This document shows, in pieces, positions 1 through 9,951 of a DNA stretch of 64,000 bases. The first letter of the stretch is position 1; every line of letters starts with the position of its first letter. A program made the translations under genes and the position numbers. The stretch is from Massalongia carnosa (Eukaryota). The notes below the pieces were generated by a model. The model worked only from the letters and a program-made list of their open reading frames with translations, was not told the origin of the DNA and ran no database searches. The stretch spans positions 992,001-1,056,000 of the forward strand of contig OZ287080.1 in NCBI GenBank assembly GCA_965645245.1, written 5' to 3'.

Positions 1-371
1 GAAACACAAAATGAGAGTTATCGCAAAGATACTTGCAAAGAAAATCTGAAAGTGATATGGATAAGCGAGAAGATAAAGACAAACAGAGGCAGAAATGAAC
101 CCGAAGAACCTAAAGAACGAGAAAAGGGGGATAGACGTAAAAGTGAAGAAAGATAAAAGGAGACGAAAAGAAGTCTTCATGAAAGATCTCGATAAAAAGA
201 AGTGCAACAACATATCAAAGGGGTAGAGCGATAGCAATATCCTATTTGTACGGAGGTCTGAGTCAAAAGTAATCGGACACGCTAAATTTTAGCCCCAGAG
301 CTAGCTGTTTTAATACGTGTTAGTCATTTTTAGCGTGAGAATATATTACATGTAGTAAATCCTACTTCTAA

Positions 372-497
372 ATGGTATCCTCATGGTATCCTCATGGTAT
401 CCTCATGATATCCTCATGATATCCTCATGGTATCCTCATGATATCCTCATGATATCCTCATGGTATCCTCATGATATCCTTATGATATCCTCATGAT
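372..497. repeat. 11-bp minisatellite (ATGRTATCCTC) x11.5 inside the Tc1 element
   Basis: Directly visible tandem units at 372-492 plus a partial unit to 497. Confidence 0.95.
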
Positions 498-872
498 GTC
501 TATTCGTACTATTTAAATCTTGCCTTATTAGATAATCACGAGGATTCAGAAGAACTTGTGTACAGATAATATCTATCATAAAACTAATAAGAGGTACGTT
601 ATTATGCATACAATAGTCAGAAAAGATAATGATGATGATGATGTATTCATACTCCGATATGACACCGGCCGTAGGCCGGCCCATGCGGGCAAAGCTATCT
701 AAGTTATGTTACATGGAAAACCTTTCACAGGTGTAAAAACCATGTCCCTTGATACCCGTCCGATGTGACTACGGGTCGACGTCGGGCGGGAGACGCAGTG
801 CAAAAGACGTGTGGGAACTGTAATGCCTTGTGAAAAGAGAAGAAAGAAAGAAAGGTTCAACTATTGTTGATT

Positions 873-3800
873 TTACAATAATGTTGATGCTAGTGAGAAT
901 TGATTCAATAAGCCTGTTTTCATTAGCCAAGCAGTTAGTATCTTCAGAGTTTTTGATGATTTGGTCAGCTGCTGATAGTCGCTCGTGCCGGCGGCGCGAA
1001 ACATCTGTTCTCTATTGTCAATAAGTCTGCAGAACATGATTACATGTTCTGGAGTTTGTCTGTGCCAGCCACATGAGCAGGCCGGTGAGGTGACGGAGGG
1101 CACCCGTCGCTTGTAGAGGAAGTCAGCTAATCCGATCTTGCCAGTGCGGATTTGTGCTGTTAGAGCGCTTTCTGTCTTTTTTAGCTGCGTGTGTATTTTC
1201 AGCCGTTTTTTGCTCAGTGGGACTGATTGTGCTATGGAGGGTTCGATGACGCGATTTTGATTATGCGCACCACGAGTCGTTCCAGACCTTCATTTGTCGT
1301 GCTTTGATTGTTTGCATCTGCTTGTGTCGGACCGTTGCCGCAACGGTAGCTTCGCGGTGCCACGCCGGGTAGACTTCGAACCATGATGGGTGTGCCTTTG
1401 GTGGTTGAACTATTTTTGAGTCGATCAGTAGGCTTTTGGCCCAGATGTGTTTCAGCTCTCCCGGGGTGGGCTTTTGAAGTCGTTTGCGACCTGCCTTGCC
1501 TCGAAGTTTGTCAGCTATTTTGTTGCATGCGGAGGAGATGATCTTCAATTGGCCTCCGGCTCGGAGCCGGTGCCTTGCCTGTGCTTGTAGCATGTCGAGA
1601 TGCGTGTCTATCGGCGCTATGAATGTCTCTGCTTCTAGTACTGAGATGGGAGTGGCTTTAAAGGCACCGGCTATGGTGCGAAGGCAATTGTTTTGCATGA
1701 CGGAGAGCTTGCTCGTTGACGTTTTTGACTTTTTGACTTCTTTGGGCATGTGCCATACGGTTGACCCATATGTCATGGCCGGACGCACCACGGCACTGTA
1801 AACCTGCCTTGCCTTGGCGAAGGTGGCACCCCAGGTTGATGTGGAAATTTTTGTCAATGCCATGGATTGTTTGACCATTTTCTCTTGCGTTTTGCGAACG
1901 TGCGGTCCCCATTTCAATTTGGTGTCGATTTGTAGGCCCAATACTCTGATGTCCATTTTAGGTTCAATTTCGGTGCTAGCAACATTGATGGATGCAGTCA
2001 TGTTGAATCTTTTGGGATTTCTGGACAAGTGTATGAGTTCGTACTTCGTCGGAGCGAATACGGACCCGTGCCGGGAAGCCCACGTCTCACATTGTCTATG
2101 TATTGCCTCTAGAGTTTTGCAGTTTTCCTCGGTGCTTTTTCCATATGCCAAAATGTTTGCGTCGTCTACGAATCCTATGGCACTTGTGTTTTTGCCTGGT
2201 CGATCACATATTTCCAATAGATCTGCATTGTAAAATAGGTAAAGAATGGATGACAGGGGAGAGCCCTGCGGGATACCCGTTCTTACCGCAAACCGCCCGG
2301 TGACTTTTCGATTTATTGCTAAAGTGGTGCTTCGATCGCTCAGAAAGCTGTTTAACCAGTCGGTGATCCATTTTGGAAATTTCTTTTCCGTAGGTTGTGC
2401 GTTAGTCGTTGATGTGATACCATATCGAACGCGCCGGCGACGTCCATGCTTAGCAGTGTGGCTACTTTGTCTTTTCCCTGTCCCCAAATCGTGTGAACCT
2501 GTTCAGTTAGCAGTTCCAGTGCTGACTCTGTGGATCTGCCCTTCCTTGCTCCCATCTGTGTATCGGCTAGGAGCCGGTGTTTTTCCGCCAGATAGGTTAT
2601 TTTCGATCCAATGATGGATTCCATAACTTTACTGAGCGTGTTGAGCAGTGCAATTGGTCGGTAGGCTTTCGGCGTGGTATAGTCTCCTTTGCCTATTTTT
2701 TTTAGCGCTATTGTGTTTGCCATTTTGAAGGCCCGCGGGTGGTACGAGTGTGTGACGCACGCCTGAAACAGAGGTGTTAGTAGTTCGACAAGTATTTCGC
2801 TGCATGTTTTGAGTATTCTGTTAGATATGCCGTCTGGGCCGGTGCCTTATCGGACTTGAGCCGACTCAGGGCCGTCGATACTTCTGACTTGGTGATGATT
2901 ATTGGGCAGTGCGGCGATGTAGGATAGAAGGATCCTTCTATGTCGCTTAGGTCGGCCGGTGGTGGTGCGGGAAAGAAGACACCTTTCAGCATTTCGGCTT
3001 TTTGGTCAAACGTGTCTGCTACTTGGTCATTGAATTTTAGCATCGGCATTTTGGATACTTCTCTAGATTGATGACTTTTGTCTTTGGCCCATTTCGCTAG
3101 CCGCCATAGTCCCTGAGGCGTTTCGGTGGCCTTATTGATTTCTTGACGAAAGTTTGTTCTCTTTGCCTTTTGAATGATTTTCTGTTTTTTATCATTGGAT
3201 TTCATATAGTTAGACCAGTCCGTTAGGTCTAACGTGCTGGACCATATGCGGCGTAGTTTCCGTGTGGCTTTGGTGGCAATGCTGCATTCTTCTGTCCAGA
3301 ATGGCTTAGCATATTCGCTAGATTTTGCCCATGGAACTGCTTCGTTGATGACATTTTGTAGAAATTTTTGAATCGATTCCGTGTACGCATCAATCTCGGC
3401 AGTGGTACGGGGAGACTCCGGTATAGGGGCGTGTCGTTCGGCCTCCCTTAATTTTTCCAGGTTTAGAAGCTTCCATGCTCTGCGTTTGATTTTCGGTTGC
3501 GGCTCGCTTCCGAGTAGGATGCGGGTTGATATCGGCACGTGATCGGACGATTGATTCAATTCTGGTCTGGACATGCAGTGTTCGAGTCTTTCGACTAGGT
3601 ATTCTGACATGAAAACCAAATCTATCGTGCTAGACGTGTTTCTTGCTTCCCATGTTACGGTGCCTTTCGGCAGTGTCAACGAAAGATTATGATCATCGAT
3701 TATTTCTAGTAATTGATCAGCAGCAGCGTGTTGTGTGGGTCTTGAGGGACCATTCCAAAAGGGATGATGCAGGTTGAAATCTCCAAGTAGTATGTGATGC

Positions 3801-4225
3801 GCATCGGCGGTAAGCATGCTCCGAGCCGCCGGTAAGGTCGTGGGACTGTCAGTGGATGAATAGGAAGCGGGAGAGGGGTTATACACATTATGGACGTGAA
3901 TTGTTTCCATAACGCCTTCGGTGTAGGTCTTTATTTTCAAAGTGCACATGTCGGCCGAGGTGAATTCCACCTCCCAGCTGTCAGTGTCTATTAGGTCGTT
4001 GACATAAAAGCACACTCTGGTGTCACCTCCTGGGCGGTATAGGAGGTGAAAGCCGCTTTGATGAGAACTAAGCGATGTGGGGGCGGATGGATTGCGCCAC
4101 GGTTCCTGTATTGCAATAATATCATAGTCCTGGGTGTTTATGTCTGCTAAGAGGGGTATCATAGTACTCACTCTGTCATTTCTGACATTATACTGCAATA
4201 TAGAGAGGGATTTTGTGTCCCTCAT
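873..4225 (-). pseudogene. LINE ORF2: APE endonuclease, reverse transcriptase, C-terminal CCHC; no RNase H seen
   Basis: APE motifs ILQYNV, AIQEPW, LGDFNLHH and SSDH. RT motifs YRPIALLNTLSK, GIPQGSPLS and FVDD. C-terminal CSCG..QTPEHVIMFC. Split by frameshifts (~2840, ~2385) and a stop at 1261. Confidence 0.92.
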
Positions 4226-5708
4226 AGGATTTCCATCGTTTCGGCCGCTGTGTTCGATGTGACCTGAGTTCCTGCCGTTAATGCTACGGAATCTGCACGA
4301 GGCCTACCCAGCACTGGTTTTGCTAAGGCCTTTACCATATTTTCAGGATTCATGATGCCTATATTAGCCCAGGTGGGTGCGTCGTCTCCCCGATGAGGGC
4401 CCGGGGGTGTGCCAGATGAGGGCGTAGCGTTGCGTATTTTCCTTTTCTTGCCGTTTACTATCTTCCACGTTGACGGAATTTCGTCCGTTTGTGTGACTGT
4501 GGGTGTCGACTCTCGTTGAAGTTGAAATTGAAATGAGGGCGGTTATTATTCGATTGCATAGAGGGGGGCGCGGTTTTGCATTGCTATTTCAGTTTTTCGC
4601 TTTTCAGCTTTTCAGACTTTGCATGCTGTGGGCCATGCTTCGTGTCCCTTCTCTCCGCATACGGCGCAACGGCGGTATTGCCCCGTTGTCTCCAGATTCC
4701 ATTCTTTGCTTTGATGTCCACCGGCGCAGTGACCACAGGCGGCGGGATTGCGGCATGACCTACCGATGTGTCCGTATTTTTGGCAGTTGAAGCATTGAGT
4801 CATGGTGCAACCACGTGTGAAGCGCTCGCAGTCCTTTATTTCGTAGTTTTCCATTAGGCCCTCGGTGATGAGCCGGTTAGCCATCTCGGCGGTGGCGACC
4901 TCTATATGAAGCGTCGAGTACGCTTTTTTCTCTCTGATGGCCTTGATTGACCAGGCTACTTTGACGATCTTCAGGTTAGGGTGCAGGCGTGCGTTAGCGG
5001 CCTGAAGGTAGGTGATGGCTGTTGATTGATTGGCCACTTTGATGTTTTCCACCCTGATTCCATTCGCTCTTACGGTGAAGGTGCGGGTGTGCACCGCAGC
5101 TGAGGCGGCCACCATGCGGGTCCAATCGGTCTTCTCCTGCAGGGTCTTCTTTGCTTCCAATGACTCTGCGTGAATCCTGATGTCGCCGTTTAACAAACGC
5201 GACACTCCCCTTATTCCTTCAGCTCCATTTGTAGTGTTTCTACCAACTCCTTGGTTGGCATTAGCTTCATTTTTTCCTTGTCCGCATCCTCCATGATGTG
5301 AACGGTGATTTCCCGGGCACGTCGCGCTTCTCTTGGTGTGGGTGCTTTGTCTTTGCGGGCCTGTTGAGGCTTGACGTTTTGGTTCTTTGGGGGTGCGGGC
5401 TCATCTCGGCCTTGCCCTGTGGCAGCAGCGGCATAGCTGCGAGGAGTGGTCTCATTGCGCTCTATGCGTGTCAATGATTGTTGGATTGCCTGTAATGTGT
5501 CACCTATGTTGTTGGGAGTTTCTGCAACTTTGTCATCGACTAGATTTTGCGCTTGCAAAATTTCCGCTGAGTTTCTCAGCAACTGCAACGCCTCCGGGTC
5601 ACCAACGGTGCCCACTCGATCAAGATACTCCTTGATCTTTACGTGCAAACCTTTCCTCCTTTCGCTTTGCGCTCTCGAGAGTGCGTTTGATTGTTCGAGT
5701 GCAGTCAT
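4222..5708 (-). pseudogene. LINE ORF1 gag-like protein with three zinc knuckles
   Basis: CFNCQKYGHIGRSC, CGHCAGGH and CAVCGEKGHEAW..C. One frameshift near 5210 and in-frame stops after 4612. The frame ends at TGA 4224-4222. Confidence 0.85.
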
Positions 5709-6212
5709 TTTTCCTCCTGAATTTGTCTCCAATTCAATAAATTATCAATCCGATCAACGGTTATATCTTGTGGCCGAATTACTTCTATCCTTGAGAGTTG
5801 ATATCTTAGGTAGATAGTCAGAAAAGATTACGAAAAGTAAAAGTTTATATATGAAATCATGATGAAAAGGAGTTTTATTGAAGAAGGCCCTATTTCGGGT
5901 GGTGGAAAGGCCGCATCGGGTGGTGGAGGTCAAATTGGAAGAAATAACAGCGCAATTCATCATTCTTTACTTGCAAGTTTCGTTGGCAAAGATTTATCTC
6001 TTCGCGGACGTGAACTTGCAGCTGTGGTATGCAAAACTGATGTTCTTTTTGCACGTTGAATTCTTTTCTTAATTGGCGATACTGATTGAGACATTTCTGG
6101 CACTTCAATAATACCATTCGCCACCGATTCCTTTGGTCGAATAGGTTCTTTTATTTTGCCTTGATTCGAAGATGGTAGATGCTCAAATGAGAAAATATCC
6201 GCATCGCTATTA

Positions 6213-7892
6213 TTAATAATGTTGTTGGCAGATGAGAGAGGCGGAGCATATGGAGTCAGTCGAGTCCGTTAGACCATTTGGCTCAGGAATCATTCTTTGA
6301 GGTGTAGCAGGAACCGAAGCAAGATAATAATCGAGCGTTCCAGGAATAGTTAGATCTGGTGTAATACTACGGGATAGGTTTTCGAGTGGGTGTGACAGTC
6401 GAGAATAACGGATTGATCTAAGCATTTCAAGAGAAGGACAAGGGGTATTTGAATCGCTCGAACTTGACAAATCATTGGAAAGTGTTGATGGCGACGGGGA
6501 GCGGTCAGGTATGTTGCTTGACTGTTCATTTTTTTCGAACGCTTCGACCTTTTCCATCTCAGCTATTAGATCCGCAAGACGTTTCTTCCCTTCTTTTTTA
6601 TCTATTCGACCATCTACCCTTCCTTACTTGTATTTATTATCACCTTTTAAGAACTGGATAATCCGTAAATGACGGGGGATGCGCTCAATCCAAGCCTGAA
6701 TTTTCTCCTGCGGTAGGTCATCCCAAGCTTTTTTCCAACGTTCCTCTGCATCTCTTCGAGTTCGAGGAGCACCTTTTTTAGTTGTTGTCCGTTTCATCCA
6801 TGGCCAACACGGCTCAATCATATTCATGTCCGGAGAATTTCCCGGCCATAAAAGTCGCATAATATCGTGTAACCGAAATAATTCATCTTGATATTTAGAT
6901 GCATGCGCGGGGGCTTTTTCTTCTTGAACTAGCATGGGGAGTTCACTCATTAAGAGCTGGTTCAGGTTACACCTCTTTGCAAAAGGAATAAGTAAAGGCT
7001 CCAAAATGACTGTTCGATATCGCCACCAGTCAATTCCTTTACTTCCTTTTTTGCGAACATACGCCCCTGTTGCTTCATTAAATCTCCATTTTGGCTTTGG
7101 ACCACCAACACCTCGAAGCCCCAACCGGCTAGTACCTTGATTTAATTCCCACTCTTGTCTTGCGGCAGGTTCCAGTCTATCATTCAGGCCTTTAATATGA
7201 TTCTCGGCAATTTTTTTCTCCTTTGCAGTTTCCGATTTCCAGCAGTGACATGGCCCTTTATAGTCATAAGAAAAACAACCCCAGAACATAAACTCAGTAA
7301 ATCCTTTATATCTCTCTCGTATAGTGGAAGTTACTGGTTCTTGTCCCTCCTATGCTGTCCTCCATATTCGATTATTTCCTCGACGATGTCCCAATACCAC
7401 ACTAGTCTCATCTGTCCAAATTACACGTTTCCAATCCTCCATTGTCCAATCTTTGTACTTGATAGCGAATTCTAGGCGGGATTTCTTCATAGCGGGAGTG
7501 AGATCTGGCTTCCATATTGGTTTGACTTTTTTATATCCATGCTTATTTAGTATGCGAGCTACTGAACTTTGAGATACCTTTACTTCCGCGGCTATCTCAA
7601 GGGTTGATTTTTCTCTCCCATGTCGATCTGCGGTGACTTTTGCAATAATTTCTTGTTGATTTTCCAAGCTAATACCTGGTCGCCCACTTTTTTTTGCATC
7701 TTCAACATGCACATTATATAAAACCGGCGTTACTGTAGGGTCATATCCAATTTCGATAGCCCTTTTCTTCAAGTCATAGAGTGCACTACGCGAAAAGCCT
7801 GTGATTTGACTAACATCTTCAATTCTCATCCCCATACCAAGGAATGTAAGGGCTTGTACGCGTTGCGAAAGATCATACTTCTTGCCTGCCAT
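6213..7892 (-). pseudogene. Tc1/mariner transposase with premature stops and a long C-terminal extension
   Basis: ORFs 7350-7892, 6624-7289 and 6213-6557 share one frame. HTH region with SGRP; WTDET; QEEKAPAH (second Asp changed to Glu); 34 residues from there to SPDMNMIE. Confidence 0.9.
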
Positions 7893-8126
7893 GTTTGTAG
7901 TGATTGTATGTTTAATAATCTATGATATCCTCTCCATATAAAATTTTTTCTCTACTATAACTATATTTTCACGCTAAAAATAACTAACACGTATTAAACA
8001 CCTAGCTCTGGGGCTAAAATTTAGCTTGTCCGATTACTTTTGACTCAGACCTCCGTAACAAGATAACTGACATGAACTTTAGAGGATTAGTTTAGATGTT
8101 AGGCTAAAAAAATGTCATATAATAAC

Positions 8127-9664
8127 TTGCCTCAGTACGAAGTACCTCAGACGTGCTATGGCTCAGCCTTCGCCTTTATTAGCCTTTTCCGGTTAACTCG
8201 GCGCTAACTTATTTAGCTAACTTTTAGGCTTTGCTTACTAAGTTCGCTGTGCAAGCAACGTCTGAGGGCAAAACTCAATAATACAGGCAGGTTTGCCTTA
8301 TAAATGAGAAAATGTTAAAATACCAAGCCGCCTTACCCGATTAAGCGTAAAATATCAACTCGATTGTGTTATACCATACCATCGTTTTCTATGTGTGTTA
8401 TTTATGTGTTTTCCAACTACACGACAGACTATGCTCGCTGTAGAACGCCATCAAGGAACAATGAGCGCGCTTTTTAACCTCGATGCAAGTTAGAGAAAAG
8501 GCCCGGATCTCAGTCTACAATGGACATCTAGTTGAGTCACGAAAATAGTAAGAGAATGACAGCTGCAAGCGGTCATTGATTCATAATTAACTTGTCATCT
8601 CTATAGCTAGACTATGTACGGCAAAGCTAGGATCGAGCGGCAATCATCCTTCATGAATAGGGTTGGACCTGGGTCGCGGAGGCCTTCGAGCGGAGCTCAA
8701 TGCACTGGTTGCAACGGCTGCATTTGGGGTTTTCCACCCACCGTCGGAGACTGACGAGCTGGGCACCTTAAATAGCTTCAAGGGTGCCGCATCGGTCATC
8801 ATGAGTAAGGCACCACGATGGCTAGATCCTATTCAGCGCGTTTTTTGTGATGCCCACCGAGACGAGTCCACTCATCCTCAGCGCGCTATTCCGGTCGGGC
8901 GGCAGTCAACTATATTGTCCCTCTTTTGTCACATGTTGCGCCCGAATACGTCAACAAATTTTCAGAGCGTCATGGGCCTTTATATCTATCACGGTGGCGC
9001 CAGGCGCAGAGTTCTGGATACTTTACATCAACTTGGCTTGACAATGTCGTATTCCACTCTTCAACGGCGCATGTCAAGCTTAAGTGACGAAGCGAGGCGA
9101 AAAATAAGGACGATAGGGCGGGCTTCAACTACTGTTGTAACCTATGATAATTTTTTTTTGCAGAAGGCCGAAGATGATCCGTCAAGGCAATATGATGGAT
9201 ATAAGCGCCGACCGTTGATTTGAAGAGCAAGACTCAGTTTGATATTGTCGTGCTGTTGTCGGGATTTGAGAAACAATTTGAGTCGATGTTGCTCGACGAG
9301 GAAGATATTCGCGCAACGCATGCAGGGCGTTTAAATTTTAGGGCATTCAATAAAGCATATCTGAAAGTAGCGGCGACAATGAAGTATTATATAACAATTA
9401 TCATGTGTTGTCGTTGATCCTGTCCTGAACGTGAAAAATGGTGATTTTTTATCTTAAGTACATGTTTTGTCATCAAAATAACGCGAACCTGGCAAAATTA
9501 CAGAGTTTTGAACTCAGACCTGCCGCCCGAAGCATGCGTAGTAAGCTAAACAGAATCTTAACCCAAAACAGTTAAATTATTCACTAAACTAGCTTAGCTT
9601 TAAACTAATAATATACTAATCTTAACTATGGCGAGGGCAAGGCAGGTCTGAGGTACTGAGGCAA
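8127..9664 (+). mobile_element. Internally deleted TIR DNA transposon with 8-bp TSD
   Basis: TIRs TTGCCTCAGTAC(gaagtac)CTCAGACGTGC and GCAGGTCTGAGGTACTGAGGCAA. TSD ATAATAAC at 8119-8126 and 9665-9672. Confidence 0.9.
8663..9223 (+). pseudogene. Transposase N-terminal fragment, DUF6589/Academ-like (tentative)
   Basis: FQSVMGLYIYHGGARRRVLDTLHQLGLTMSYSTL...VVTYDNF resembles the region before the first catalytic Asp in fungal DUF6589 proteins (from memory). Truncated right after DN. Confidence 0.55.
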
Positions 9665-9951
9665 ATAATAACTTCTTATAAAGTCATATCTTTTTCTACA
9701 ATCGAATCCTTTTATGCATGTAGTTAAGTGGTGTGGCAGTACTTGTACAGACGATAGGGAGAACTTTAAAGCTCTAATCGGGCCCGTATTTATGGTAATA
9801 AAAGCTATCTTCACAATCCGGAGTTAACGTAGATAGTAGGAAGTCATGTAAATGCAAATTTCTAGTTAGTATTTTGGATCGGTCATGTCAGAGCTTTCAA
9901 GACCTTCAAATACTCTTCTGGCGTCGACTAGATCTTGAACATTCAGCAGCT

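Larger units (their letters stand above)
628..5813 (-). mobile_element. Full-length Tad-clade-like non-LTR retrotransposon (LINE), inactivated
   Basis: 15-bp TSD ATAGTCAGAAAAGAT at 613-627 and 5814-5828. The 3' tail is (CAT)n. ORF1 carries zinc knuckles and ORF2 has APE, RT and CCHC domains. Confidence 0.95.
251..8055 (-). mobile_element. Tc1/mariner (DD34E) DNA transposon with ~95-bp TIRs and TA TSD, interrupted by a LINE
   Basis: Left TIR CGGAGGTCTGAGTCAAAAGTAATCGGACA... at 251-345 and its inverted copy at ~7962-8055 differ at about 5 positions. TA flanks both ends (249-250, 8056-8057). Internal transposase on the minus strand. Confidence 0.95.

Noticed and set aside
8043..9522. ACTCAGACCT shared between the Tc1 TIR and the neighbouring 8-bp-TSD element
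   Set aside because: Only 10 bp; the elements have different TSDs and transposases, so probably chance.
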